The notes: generated by a model from the letters alone, not told the origin. 64,000 nucleotides of DNA from Bacillota bacterium (GCA_040751775.1 JBFMGD010000008.1:15431-79430); one strand, 5' to 3'. Positions 1-10,405 are shown, counted from the first letter of the stretch. Made by a program: numbers and translations.

Positions 1-969
1 CAAGTTTCGGCCGCGCTTCAGTTGGCCGCGAGAGGAATTAAGTTCGATGGGCAGTTGATTATCGCTGCTACCGCTGATGAAGAAACAGGTGGCGGGCTCG
101 GCGCGAAATATTTAATTGACAATTACCCGGAGAAGCTGCAGGCGGATTTTGCGATTAACGAAGGAGCGGAGCAGCCGATCTATCTGGACGGCCGGCTGAT
201 TTATTTCTTTCAGGTCGGCGAAAAGGGGACGGCCTGGTGCCGGATCAAAGCCAAGGGGATATCGTGTCACGGCTCGGTTCCGACTCTGGGTGATAATGCT
301 GTCTTAAAATTAACCCGGGCGCTTTCCGCCTTAGGTGAATACAATCCTGAGGTTAAACTGATTCCGGAAGTCGAAAAGCTTCTGGTTGAGTTGGCCCGGG
401 CTCGCGGACTTTCGTTCCACAGCGATCAAGACGATATTGATCTGCTGCTTAACCGGCTTGATTTGGACAGGGGTTTTACGGAGACCGTACGGGCGATGAC
501 CAGAATGACCGTCTCCCCGAACTGCATACAAGGCGGTCTGAAAACTAATATCGTTCCGGATCGCTGCGAGGCGGAACTGGATATCCGCATTCTTCCGGGA
601 CAAGATCGCAACTATGTAATCGGGCAACTGCGCAGCTTGATCGGTGATCAGATTGAAATTGAAATGATCGATTACCGCGAGCCTACTTTTTCTACTTCTC
701 AGGCTCAGTGCTACAAGTTGATGGAGTCGCTGACCCTGGAATTGGCAGGTGACAAAGTGCTCTGCCTGCCTCATATCTCCACCGGCTCCACCGATTCCAA
801 ATACTTGCGCGGTGCCGGTATACCCGCTTACGGTATCGGTCATATGGCCGCGGGGTTTGACCAAACGGCACGCACGACAGTCCACGGCTGTAATGAACGC
901 ATCGATACGGCCAGTTTACAGTTTAAAACCAGATTTTTAACGGAGCTGGCCCTGCGCTACCTGACTTAA
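1..969 (+). CDS. M20-family metallopeptidase (ArgE/DapE/CPG2-like), 5'-truncated by the window edge
   Basis: The ORF runs in frame from base 1. ADEETGG metal-ligand region and M20 dimerisation/C-terminal architecture. Confidence 0.8.
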   Translation, partial: QVSAALQLAARGIKFDGQLIIAATADEETGGGLGAKYLIDNYPEKLQADFAINEGAEQPIYLDGRLIYFFQVGEKGTAWCRIKAKGISCHGSVPTLGDNAVLKLTRALSALGEYNPEVKLIPEVEKLLVELARARGLSFHSDQDDIDLLLNRLDLDRGFTETVRAMTRMTVSPNCIQGGLKTNIVPDRCEAELDIRILPGQDRNYVIGQLRSLIGDQIEIEMIDYREPTFSTSQAQCYKLMESLTLELAGDKVLCLPHISTGSTDSKYLRGAGIPAYGIGHMAAGFDQTARTTVHGCNERIDTASLQFKTRFLTELALRYLT

Positions 970-1014
970 AAGCGGCATCCCTTCCCTAACGTACTTTGCC
1001 GGTAGAGCGTACAT

Positions 1015-1311
1015 TTGCTTCGGCGGGATGTTAAAACCACCGGTCACACTGTGACAGGAGAAACCGCTACCGTTGACGCCGTGCTCAGCCTCCCTGATGT
1101 CAACAGTATCCTTGAGGGACTGTTCACCCTCTATTTTGAGATGACCACTGATCTGGAGACAGATCCGGAAGCTTTCGAGCAGGCGGTGGCGGAAGCATTC
1201 AAAGAGATGCTCAAAGAGGCGGAGAATACGGAGATGAATGTAACTTTCAATATGGTAATGGAAGATGGAAAATGGAAATTGACGGAGATGCCGGATTTAG
1301 ACAAATTCTAA
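1015..1311 (+). CDS. Small hypothetical acidic protein (98 aa)
   Basis: Open frame with a TTG start. No recognisable domain and start codon uncertain. Confidence 0.35.
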   Translation: MLRRDVKTTGHTVTGETATVDAVLSLPDVNSILEGLFTLYFEMTTDLETDPEAFEQAVAEAFKEMLKEAENTEMNVTFNMVMEDGKWKLTEMPDLDKF

Positions 1312-1325
1312 AAGAAAAGGGAAAA

Positions 1326-1427
1326 CGGGGACACCATACTTAATCCCATTATCTGTTAAATTGGCCATACCTGCCTCCGGCCAGTGCTGCAATATCCTAA
1401 AATGTGGGATTAAGTATGGTGTCCCCG
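1326..1427. repeat. Perfect 23-bp inverted repeat (cggggacaccatacttaatccca / tgggattaagtatggtgtccccg) separated by 56 nt
   Basis: Read directly from the sequence. It lies between convergent genes, so it is either a bidirectional terminator or a MITE-like element. Confidence 0.8.
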
Positions 1428-1546
1428 TTACGATAGCTCTATAATCCCAGGGCTGGATTCGTGAGGTGAAGATCGGCCGGCCCCAACTCTCGCCTTTTTA
1501 GTTGTCAGCAGAACCGTCCCAGTGACAACCAGTGACAATAAGAATC

Positions 1547-2458
1547 TTAATCGCAATTTTGCAGGTATGCTTTTAGCGCCGCTTCTAAATCGGAGAAACT
1601 AATCTCTTTCAGATACCGGCGTTCATTGCTCAAATCGTGGTAACCGTTCCCAAACCAATGCCAAAAGTCTCGTTTGTAACAGCGGTAATCAAAGGCATGC
1701 CCCAGCTTCTCTCTAAACATTTCCTCATACTTTAAGACTAGCGAATGCTTGGTGAACAGTTGGTAATCTTCATCCTCCGGGTCTGAAGGGTTTAAGATGT
1801 TCTTGATATACTTTATATTGGCATCAATTAATGCAGTATCAACAATCCCTGAGTGGGAGGAAATAATCGTTGCGGCCGGCAAGTTTTTTATATACTCCAG
1901 GGTTTTGATGTAACCCTCAAGGTCATAGTGGCTCAGAACTGGAACCGGATATTCGACCAGATCGCCGACAAACAAAACAAGGTCTTCTTTATCATAACAA
2001 ATGGCTGAACAGGCGGTATGCCCCGGTGCATAAATGAACGCCACTTTATCATCCGTGAATTCCATCGTCAGATCAAAAACCAGGTTGGGCAGTTTGATTT
2101 CAATAGTGCCGTCATTGTATATGCCCCTGTATCGCTCGAGATCATATAACCCTCGTTCCCGTATCCGGGTTCTGCAGGTGGTATGGCCGATAATCAAGGC
2201 ATTTTGAAAAGCGCTGTTTCCCCATATATGATCCCAGTCCGCGTGGGAATTAAATAATATCACTTGCTTCTCCGCCAAATCATGCTCTGGCAGATATTGC
2301 TTAACCGGTTCCATATATTTCGGGCCGAGGTGAGTGTCACATAAATAAACCCTGTCATCGGAGCAGATCAAATATACCCCTAATTCGCCGGGCAGGGAGG
2401 ATTCACCGTCTTCAAAGACAAAATGAACGCCTCTTGTTCCTATTTTCTTTATTCTCAT
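1547..2458 (-). CDS. MBL-fold metallo-hydrolase
   Basis: HxHxDH-type motif (HADWDHIWG) and beta-lactamase-fold spacing of metal ligands. Confidence 0.8.
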   Translation of the reverse strand: MRIKKIGTRGVHFVFEDGESSLPGELGVYLICSDDRVYLCDTHLGPKYMEPVKQYLPEHDLAEKQVILFNSHADWDHIWGNSAFQNALIIGHTTCRTRIRERGLYDLERYRGIYNDGTIEIKLPNLVFDLTMEFTDDKVAFIYAPGHTACSAICYDKEDLVLFVGDLVEYPVPVLSHYDLEGYIKTLEYIKNLPAATIISSHSGIVDTALIDANIKYIKNILNPSDPEDEDYQLFTKHSLVLKYEEMFREKLGHAFDYRCYKRDFWHWFGNGYHDLSNERRYLKEISFSDLEAALKAYLQNCD

Positions 2459-2821
2459 GCACGGCCCACCTCCTTGAATGGCTTAGATGGGAGAAACTGT
2501 TGGAAGGGAATCCGGCTTTACGGCTCTCAACGAAAAATTGAAATTCTTTCCGGGTTACCCAAATAACATTACTTTTTAAATTCAACCGGCTTGTAATAAT
2601 ATCCTTCCGATTTTCATCGTTAATCTCTCCGTCTTCAATTAGATTAATTTAAAGTTCAAGCGAAAGCTTTTTGCTAACTTTTTGGTAGACAAGGCAGAAA
2701 TGTTATGATATCATTAAAATTGTTAAGAAAAGAAGTATTTTCTTAACAAATTACTCCCCAATAAAGCAAGATTTCGCCTTAAAGGCCGAGAAAAGGGGTT
2801 CTTAAGATATTCTGGAATATT

Positions 2822-4174
2822 ATGGCGCGATATAAAGCTCTTGTTTGTCAACGGCAGCGCGCTTATCGCCATAGCGGCTTGAGAACGCTGCAGCAATGGT
2901 TGAAGGGGAAAAAGCTGCATTGGGCGCTGTACCTTTTCCTGGCCTCCCTGCTCGTGGTAGGAATCTTGGGGCTGCACAGCCATCTGCGCAGCTATATGTA
3001 TGTAGTCCGCGCGGATGGGCATGAAGTGGGTTTGGTCCGTGATGCTGAAGAAGTGGAGCTGTTTGTTGAAGATTTGATGGAGCAGTGCAGTTCGCTTTAC
3101 GGTATGAAGGTAATGCCGCGCCAGGCGATTACACTAACGCGGGAATTTCGGGCCGGCATGGAAGCTGATCCCCAGCGTGTTATGGAGAACTTGCGGCAGC
3201 GGATCAGCCTGATTACCGAAGCGGTTATGGTTATGGTTGACGGCAGCCCGGTAGTACCGGTATCCACGGAGCAGGATGTAGAAATGGTAGCCGAATTGCT
3301 TTGCTGGGCTTATGTCAGCGAGGATGAAAATGTAATGCTGTTGGAAGCGGAGTTGGTTGAGGAAATAACCGGCGAAAAGTACACTGTGCCGCCGGAGCAG
3401 GTATGTACCCCAGAAAATGTGGCCTCATTGTTAACAAGGCGAGATCAAGATCAGGAGCAGCTGATCGCCTCCCGCGATGTTCTGATTTCCCGTTTTGGCC
3501 GAAATGCGCCGGAGGATATTTACGAGGCGGAGGTACCGGTGGTGCATGTCATCACCGTGGAACAGGCGACGCTGGAGGAACAGATCCCCTTTCCCACGAC
3601 CTATGTCAACAACAGCAACATGTTGATTGGCGAAAACCGGGTCCTCACGGCCGGTGCGGAGGGCCGGAAAGAGGTCACCTACCGGATTACCCGGGAAAAC
3701 GGGGTGGAGACCGCCAGGGAGACGCTTTCGGAGCAGGTAATTAAAGAACCTGTAACCCAGGTTGTCGAGCGCGGTACAGGTAGAAGATTTACCTGGCCGG
3801 TGTCCGGCGGAGGCAGGCTCACGCAGGGTTTTCGCGGCTCGGCCCACATGGGTATCGATATCGCCTCCTCGACGGGGACGCCCATCCTGGCGGCGGACGG
3901 CGGATTCGTGGTCCAGTCTCAAAACGCGTGGCCGATGGGCAACTTTATCGTCCTTAATCACGGCAGCTACTGGACCGTTTACCTGCATCACAGCAGAAAC
4001 CTGGTTTCTGTCGGGCAGAGGGTATCAAGGGGCCAGACCATCGCTTACATGGGATCCACCGGGAACTCCACCGGGCCGCACCTGCACTTTGAAATCCGCC
4101 GCAGCAACGGTTCGGGAGTCTGGAGCAGCTGGCACGCTCATCCCGCCATCAATCCGATGCAATTTTTCCGCTAG
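2822..4174 (+). CDS. M23/LytM-family peptidoglycan endopeptidase with N-terminal transmembrane anchor
   Basis: N-terminal hydrophobic helix. C-terminal HMGIDIA (HxxxD) and HLHFEIR (HxH) M23 motifs intact. Confidence 0.85.
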   Translation: MARYKALVCQRQRAYRHSGLRTLQQWLKGKKLHWALYLFLASLLVVGILGLHSHLRSYMYVVRADGHEVGLVRDAEEVELFVEDLMEQCSSLYGMKVMPRQAITLTREFRAGMEADPQRVMENLRQRISLITEAVMVMVDGSPVVPVSTEQDVEMVAELLCWAYVSEDENVMLLEAELVEEITGEKYTVPPEQVCTPENVASLLTRRDQDQEQLIASRDVLISRFGRNAPEDIYEAEVPVVHVITVEQATLEEQIPFPTTYVNNSNMLIGENRVLTAGAEGRKEVTYRITRENGVETARETLSEQVIKEPVTQVVERGTGRRFTWPVSGGGRLTQGFRGSAHMGIDIASSTGTPILAADGGFVVQSQNAWPMGNFIVLNHGSYWTVYLHHSRNLVSVGQRVSRGQTIAYMGSTGNSTGPHLHFEIRRSNGSGVWSSWHAHPAINPMQFFR

Positions 4175-4680
4175 ATGCGTTTGCCGATTAGGACGGCTTC
4201 CCGCGGCTTGCAGCTGGCCGAATTGTCGCCGCATGGTAACAGTGGGAATATGGTCAACGGCTATCAAGATGGCATCCGGGCGACGGGATACGATTGACAG
4301 CTTCCCTCAGCAGCCGCCTTACCACCTCTTAACTTCTCTCTAATAATGTAGTGACAGCTGGCTTGTTCCTAGGCCTACGAGCCAGATGGTTAAGTTTTAT
4401 GCATGTTCTTCCAAGCGCATGGTATACCCCGGCCCAGCTCCAGCAGCCAGTTCACTGTCCAACATGATATAAAGAATAATGTTTTATGTAGGTTTTTTGC
4501 TCTGTCCAAGTAAGAAGGAGAAAAGTCATATTTTATCGAAACATTAACAAATATAGTTTAATAGCTCTATCTATTTACCCCACTGATGTGATGCGCAGGC
4601 TTAATGGTTGTTTATAAGGAATGCCAGCTATTGTTTCGCTGGTGATCAACGTCCCGCAGCCGAAGAGGAGAATTTCTGTA

Positions 4681-6522
4681 ATGCTGTTGCGTGTGATCAT
4701 TATAGAGGATTCAGAAGATGATACACTGCTGTCGGTGCTTGAGTTGAAAAAGGGCGGGTATGAACCGGTACATATTCGTGTAGAAACAGCCGAAGAGTTG
4801 CGTAAAGCCTTGCGGGATGACAAATGGGACTTGATTATCTGCGGTCATGCTCTGCCCCGCTTCAGCTTTCCTGAAGCCCTGGCGGTACTCCAGGAAAGCG
4901 GCCGAGATCTTCCGTTTATCGCTGTCTCAGCCCTGAAAACCGGCGCCCACGATTTGATTACGAAAGAAAATTTATCCCATCTTACCCTTGCAGTGGAACG
5001 GGAACTGCGTGACGCGGCGTTGCGGGTTGAGTACAGGCGGGCGGAGGAGAGGTTGCGGGAAAACGAGGCGGTCTTGGCAGCGCTTTACCGGAACGCGCCG
5101 GTGATTATGATGCTCCTCGATCAAGAGAGAAAAGTATCTAAACTGAACACTTTTGCCGCCGAATTCACGGGTCAGTCGGCCGCAGAGATGACCGGCATGC
5201 GCGGCGGTGAGACGCTGCATTGCTTGCACTGGTATGACGATCCGGCAGGATGCGGATTCGGACCGGTTTGCCGGCAATGCATGTTGCGTCAAACCGTGAT
5301 CGATACATTTGAAACAGGCAGGAGCCATGACCAAGTAGAGATCAATTATCCTGTGATGATCAAAGGTAAAGTAAAAGAAGCATTTTTCCTTCTATCAACC
5401 GAGAAACTGGTCATCGGAAATCAACCGCGAGTACTGATCTGTTTGCTGCATATTGCCGAGCGTAAGCAATTGGAAAAGGCTCTTAGGACAAGCGAAGCCC
5501 GGTTCCGGTTACTTGCCGAAAACGCCAAAGATATCATCTTTCGGATAGAACTTCTGCCACAAATACACTTTAATTATATCAGTCAAGCGGTCAGTGCTAT
5601 TCTTGGCTACGCCCAGCAAGAGATATATAATAATCCTGCCTTGATCCAGGGAATAATTAACCAATCGTTGCAAGGTTTTGACTTTTCAAATTCAGACTTT
5701 TATGTTAAGCCCTTTGTCTTTCAGTGCAGGCATAAAGACAATAGCGATGTATGGTTGGAGCTGTATCTTTCGCCGTTCTTTAACGATGCGGGTAGACTGG
5801 CGGCAATTGAGGGAATTGCGCATGATGTAACCGAACGCGAGTTAAAAGAAAAGCAACTTAAATCCAGCTATGCCAAAATTGAAGCGCTATCCAATCGCAT
5901 TTTGAGAGCGATGGAAGAGGAGCGGGCTCGTTTGGCCAGGGAACTGCACGATGAAGTCGGGCAAGCTTTAACCGCGGTCAAGCTTGATCTGCAGCTGCTC
6001 AGCGATGAACTGTCAGCTTTTCAAAGGCAAAAGGAGAAGCTATTAAACAGCATTGAGTTGGTCGATACAACCCTGCAGCTTGTTCGCCGGCAATCGGTAT
6101 CACTGCGGCCTCCTGTCTTGGACGACATGGGGCTTGAGTCTGCGATACGGGAAATGGCCCGTGGGTTCAAGAATCGGACAGGCATTCAGACTATTATTAG
6201 GGTGCACGGTTTTCCTAAAAGACTGCCGCGTGATATGGAAACCGCGCTCTATCGCTGTGTCCAGGAATCCTTTACCAATGTGGCACGCCATGCTAAAGCG
6301 ACGAAAGTGACAGTTGATCTAATACTAATTCCTGGAGTTTTATCGATTAGAGTAGAGGATGACGGCATTGGCTTTCAACCCGACGAATTGACCATATCGC
6401 CGGACCACATCGGCCTTACAGGAATTCAGGAAAGAGTGAAACTGCTCCGGGGGAAGATCGGCATAGAATCCGGAGATGGCCGGGGAACCAGGATTGTGAT
6501 CACTGTACCCTGGCATGTATAA
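4681..6522 (+). CDS. Hybrid sensor histidine kinase: N-terminal receiver, 2x PAS, HisKA_3, HATPase_c
   Basis: MLLRVIIIEDSEDD receiver start preceded by a GAGGAG RBS, so the ATG at 4681 is preferred over the tool's 4621. H-box ELHDEVGQALTAVKLDL (NarL-class). ATPase lid VEDDGIGF. Confidence 0.85.
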   Translation: MLLRVIIIEDSEDDTLLSVLELKKGGYEPVHIRVETAEELRKALRDDKWDLIICGHALPRFSFPEALAVLQESGRDLPFIAVSALKTGAHDLITKENLSHLTLAVERELRDAALRVEYRRAEERLRENEAVLAALYRNAPVIMMLLDQERKVSKLNTFAAEFTGQSAAEMTGMRGGETLHCLHWYDDPAGCGFGPVCRQCMLRQTVIDTFETGRSHDQVEINYPVMIKGKVKEAFFLLSTEKLVIGNQPRVLICLLHIAERKQLEKALRTSEARFRLLAENAKDIIFRIELLPQIHFNYISQAVSAILGYAQQEIYNNPALIQGIINQSLQGFDFSNSDFYVKPFVFQCRHKDNSDVWLELYLSPFFNDAGRLAAIEGIAHDVTERELKEKQLKSSYAKIEALSNRILRAMEEERARLARELHDEVGQALTAVKLDLQLLSDELSAFQRQKEKLLNSIELVDTTLQLVRRQSVSLRPPVLDDMGLESAIREMARGFKNRTGIQTIIRVHGFPKRLPRDMETALYRCVQESFTNVARHAKATKVTVDLILIPGVLSIRVEDDGIGFQPDELTISPDHIGLTGIQERVKLLRGKIGIESGDGRGTRIVITVPWHV

Positions 6523-6544
6523 AACAATAAAGTGGTGAAAATAC

Positions 6545-7189
6545 ATGCGGGTTATCTTGGCAGATGATCATGCCATCGTCCGCCAGGGGTTGCGCTCTCT
6601 TTTAGAAAACAAGGCCCAAGTCAAGGTGGTCGGTGAAGCTGCCGACGGCAGAGAAGCGTTATCGCTGGTCAAGCAGCTTCAACCGGATGTGGTGATTATG
6701 GATATCGCCATGGCGGGACTGAACGGACTGGAGGCACTGTTGCAAATGAAAACCAGCGCTCCGTCCGTAAAGGTAATCATCTTATCCATGCACGTGGAAG
6801 ACAATTATGTATTCAGGGCTTTACGTTACGGCGCTTCCGGGTACGTGTTCAAAGGATCCGCGTACGAGGATTTAGAACTGGCGCTGAAGGCTGTGCAAAA
6901 GAATGAAAAGTTTCTTAGCGCCGCAGTTTCCCAGGTGCTGATCAATGGCTACCTGCAAACCTGCCTTAACCCGGATAATCATAATATAGTTGAAATGCTG
7001 TCTCCAAGAGAGCGGGAGATATTGCAACTTGTCGCCGAGGGAAAGAAACGCAGCCAAATAGCCAAAGTTTTGTCGATCAGCGTGAAAACGGTGGACAGGC
7101 ATAAGGATAACATCAAGGAGAAGCTTAATCTGCAGCGGGAAGAAGAACTGGCTGATTTTGCCAAAATGATCGGTATTATAGGTTTATAG
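6545..7189 (+). CDS. NarL/FixJ-family response regulator (REC + LuxR HTH)
   Basis: MRVILADDH…VVIMDIAMAGLNG receiver. C-terminal LSPREREILQLVAEGKKRSQIA LuxR-type HTH. Adjacent to the kinase. Confidence 0.9.
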   Translation: MRVILADDHAIVRQGLRSLLENKAQVKVVGEAADGREALSLVKQLQPDVVIMDIAMAGLNGLEALLQMKTSAPSVKVIILSMHVEDNYVFRALRYGASGYVFKGSAYEDLELALKAVQKNEKFLSAAVSQVLINGYLQTCLNPDNHNIVEMLSPREREILQLVAEGKKRSQIAKVLSISVKTVDRHKDNIKEKLNLQREEELADFAKMIGIIGL

Positions 7190-7222
7190 GTTATATTCAG
7201 ATACTTGTCTTTGATATTTATA

Positions 7223-7258
7223 AGAGTCCCGGGGATATGGGGGCTCTTATCTTTTTTT
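7223..7258 (+). terminator. Rho-independent terminator after the response-regulator gene
   Basis: agagtccc-ggggatat-gggggctct hairpin followed by a U-tract (tatcttttttt). Confidence 0.65.
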
Positions 7259-7357
7259 GGGGAAATTTTTGTCGATTTATGGGGACTGTCCCCATTTACC
7301 GGCAGGTTAGTTTGATTATAGACTAATGGTGGGAAGCAATAATCAATCCAAAGTCTA

Positions 7358-7585
7358 ATGGAGATCAACAGTAAAGCGGCTCAACTTTATCCGTCATACC
7401 GTAAAGAGATCGAAACCGTCGAAACAGTAACTGATGCCGAAAAAGCGCTCCAAGTTGCAGGGCAGCTGATGCCGGCAATCATTTTAATCGATGTGAAGCT
7501 GCTGACGTTAGATTCGGCCTATCCAAATTTCAAAGCGCTCGGTCTTAGACCGCCCAATCTTATTCAAGTAATGCCACAGAAGTAA
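7358..7585 (+). pseudogene. Receiver-domain remnant (beta3–alpha3 region only) immediately upstream of the HD-GYP gene
   Basis: …AEKALQVAGQLMPAIILIDVKLL… resembles the phospho-acceptor region of REC. It lacks the N-terminal DD pocket and is terminated by TAA before 7619. Confidence 0.3.
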
Positions 7586-7618
7586 GAGACCTCCTGTAGC
7601 GGTACGTCAAAAATTGGC

Positions 7619-9985
7619 TTGAAAAGTCCTGTATTTATTGAGTTTTCAAATAGCGGCTGTCAAAGTTCAGGATTAATGTCCACATCGGGAAACGAGGGTA
7701 GTTTTTTGATGGAAAACCCGGCTTTTTTAAAGATCTTTGGCTTTAAGAGCAAAGAAAAGCTTCAGAAATTAATGGAGATCGATCCATACGCTATGCCTGA
7801 TGATAGGAAAGCTTCTTCCGATCATTTGAAAAGGCGCGGAAAAGTAAGCGGTATAGAGGTGAAATTAAAGAATAAAGACGGCACTCCGTGTTGCTCGGTC
7901 ATGGCAAGCTGTGTCTATGACGAAAATGAGAATGTAGCATATTACGATTGCACTATTGACGATATTTCCTGTCACAATAAGGCCGAAGAAGAGTCAAAAG
8001 CCAGGGATGCTTTACTGAAAAAGTTGTCTGATCGGGTACCGGGTGTGATTTATCAATTTCAATTATTCCCAGACGGCAGGTCCTGTCTTCCCTATGCCAG
8101 TGATGGGATCGGCGATATCTTTGAAGTTACCCCTGAGGAAGTTCGTGAAGATGTCACTGCAATTCTTCAACGGCTGCATCAAGATGATTACGAAGAGGTC
8201 AAAAAATCTATCTTGGAATCCTTTAACACTTTACAGCCGTGGGAATACAGTTTTCGAGTTATTTTGCCCAAAGGCGGCGAAAGGTGGTTAAACGGCCGTG
8301 CGGTTTCTGAAAAGTTGGACGACGGAAGCGTTCTATGGCATGGATTCATTGCCGATATCACCAAGCAGAAGCGAGCGGAGGAAGAAATATGCTCTCGCAA
8401 TGAAGCACTTACAGCCCTTAACACTCTCTCGATCCATATGCGTCAAGCTAAAGGCACCACCGATTTGTTGCCTATCGTGCTGGGTAAAGCCCAGAGTTTG
8501 CTACAAACCGAAAATGGAATGGTGATACTGCTTTTGCCGGACCGGAAGCACTTTACGATCGCCTTTGGTAATGGGCATTGGAGAGATATGGTTGGTCGGA
8601 CCTTCCCTTTCGAAGAGGGACTGAGCGGTAACGTCCTGCACATCGAAAAGACATACGTAAGTACGAATTACAGTGTTGAACCCCACGCTTTACCGATAAC
8701 TGATGCCGCCGAGATTGGTCCCATCATGATTGTCCCGATGTTTTCGGAGAAGGTGTTAATCGGAGCCCTGGCGGTCTCACGTAGTTTGACTCCAGAAAGC
8801 CGTTCCTTTACTTCTGCCGAGGTGCGGTTAATAGAGACGATCGGTGAAATGGCCGGTAATGCCCTGTGCCGCCAGCGACTCCACGAAGACGCCCAGCGTC
8901 GTCTCAGGCAGACACAAGCGCTACGCAATATTGACATGGCTATCACAGGGAGCATTGATCTGCGCGTCACCTATAATGTAATCTTGGACGAAATCACCAG
9001 GCAACTGAACATTGATGCCGCCGCCATTGTAAAACTGGAGTCACATACCATGATGCTGAATTACGAGGTCTGGCGCGGTTTTTATACCACGGACCCTGCC
9101 AGTTTTCGCTTGCACATGGGCGAAGGTTATACCGGGCGGACAGCTTTAAATAAGCAAACATGCTTTATTTCTGACTTAAGTAAATCTGTGCTTGATTCAG
9201 CCCAGGGAAGATGGTTTTCTGATGAAGGTTTCTGCACCTACTATGCCGTTCCCCTCATTTCCAAAGGGTACATCCAGGGTGTCTTGGAAGTCTTTCACCG
9301 CAAAAAGTTCGATGCGGATGAAGAATGGATCAGTTTTTTGGATGTTTTGGCTAGTCAGACAGCTATCGCCATCGATAATGCGACCCTATTTCATAACCTC
9401 GAGCGTGCTAACATTGAACTGGTCCAATCCTATGACGCCACCATCGAAGGCTGGGCGTATGCCCTTGACCTCCGGGATGAAGCGACCGAAGGTCACAGTC
9501 AGCGGGTCACAAAGATGACCCTGGATTTATCCCAGCAGATGGATATAACGGAGAAAAGCCTGGCCTATATCAGGCGCGGGGCGCTGCTGCATGACATCGG
9601 TAAAATGGGCATCCCCGACTGCATTCTCCTTAAGCCCGGAAAGCTTACGGAAGAAGAATGGGTAATCATGCGCAGGCACCCCGAGTATGCTTACAAGATG
9701 CTCTCTTCTGTTGAATACCTGCGGCCTGCCTTAGATATTCCTTATTGTCACCATGAAAAATGGGATGGTACCGGCTACCCGCGCGGGCTTAAGAGCAAGG
9801 AGATCCCTCTTGCGGCTCGTATTTTTGCCGTCGTGGATACCTACGACGCGCTGATAAGTGAGCGCCCTTACCGGGAAGCATGGTTAAAAGAAAAAGCTCT
9901 TGCTTACATCCAGGCGCAAAGCGGTAGACACTTTGATCCGCTGGTAGTAGAAATGTTTATGAAGAAAATGGCGTTAGGGTGGTAG
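7619..9985 (+). CDS. PAS/PAS/GAF/GAF-HD-GYP cyclic-di-GMP phosphodiesterase
   Basis: C-terminal LLHDIGK and HHEKWDGTGYPRGL (HD-GYP signature). Upstream PAS and GAF sensor modules. Start codon uncertain (7619, 7676 or 7709). Confidence 0.85.
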   Translation: MKSPVFIEFSNSGCQSSGLMSTSGNEGSFLMENPAFLKIFGFKSKEKLQKLMEIDPYAMPDDRKASSDHLKRRGKVSGIEVKLKNKDGTPCCSVMASCVYDENENVAYYDCTIDDISCHNKAEEESKARDALLKKLSDRVPGVIYQFQLFPDGRSCLPYASDGIGDIFEVTPEEVREDVTAILQRLHQDDYEEVKKSILESFNTLQPWEYSFRVILPKGGERWLNGRAVSEKLDDGSVLWHGFIADITKQKRAEEEICSRNEALTALNTLSIHMRQAKGTTDLLPIVLGKAQSLLQTENGMVILLLPDRKHFTIAFGNGHWRDMVGRTFPFEEGLSGNVLHIEKTYVSTNYSVEPHALPITDAAEIGPIMIVPMFSEKVLIGALAVSRSLTPESRSFTSAEVRLIETIGEMAGNALCRQRLHEDAQRRLRQTQALRNIDMAITGSIDLRVTYNVILDEITRQLNIDAAAIVKLESHTMMLNYEVWRGFYTTDPASFRLHMGEGYTGRTALNKQTCFISDLSKSVLDSAQGRWFSDEGFCTYYAVPLISKGYIQGVLEVFHRKKFDADEEWISFLDVLASQTAIAIDNATLFHNLERANIELVQSYDATIEGWAYALDLRDEATEGHSQRVTKMTLDLSQQMDITEKSLAYIRRGALLHDIGKMGIPDCILLKPGKLTEEEWVIMRRHPEYAYKMLSSVEYLRPALDIPYCHHEKWDGTGYPRGLKSKEIPLAARIFAVVDTYDALISERPYREAWLKEKALAYIQAQSGRHFDPLVVEMFMKKMALGW

Positions 9986-10127
9986 CATAGGTTACTTTGC
10001 TAGAGAAACTCGGATCTGAAAATGGAGACATTTTATGCTTCACAACAATGTTTTCAATTAGCTGATGCTACAATTAATGGGGGCAAAAGGGTTGAGTAAA
10101 ATATTATCAGCATGGTTGTAACTGAAA

Positions 10128-10214
10128 GAACCAATGATTCTTCATGGACATAATATAAATCATGCTACACTTTCTGGTGCAAAGCCTGGATTAATCAATG
10201 TTGCACTCTATGAC
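10128..10214. repeat. Direct repeat copy A, first part (second part at 10421–10447, split by a ~206 bp insertion)
   Basis: About 85% identical to 12758–12844. Shared core agaaccaat[g/t]attcttc[a/c]tggacataatataaatcatgctacac. Confidence 0.75.
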
Positions 10215-10405
10215 TAAGGCGAGTATGATTATCGGCATTCTTGTAAATGCAGTTTCATTGACCAGGTAGAATGTCCTTGATGCTGTAAAAACATGGCTAG
10301 GTCGTGATTAAAGCGGTCGCGGCCGCTTACGGAAAGAGGATCGGCATTATTAAAAAAACCGGCTAGCTCTACATCGTGCAAAGTAAAGAATTAATTTGGC
10401 CAACA

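Noticed and set aside
3403-4343. Several 60–190 aa ORFs on both strands (3403–3744, 3431–3991, 3679–3885, 3762–4343, 4025–4267)
   Set aside because: They overlap the well-supported M23 peptidase gene in alternative frames or antisense, and have Arg/Pro/Gly-rich composition typical of spurious frames in GC-rich coding DNA.
9986-10127. Searched this region for tRNA/ncRNA after the HD-GYP gene
   Set aside because: No cloverleaf-compatible sequence was found, nor a conserved GTTCGAATC-type T-arm. Only a trivial GCGGCCGC palindrome at ~10320.
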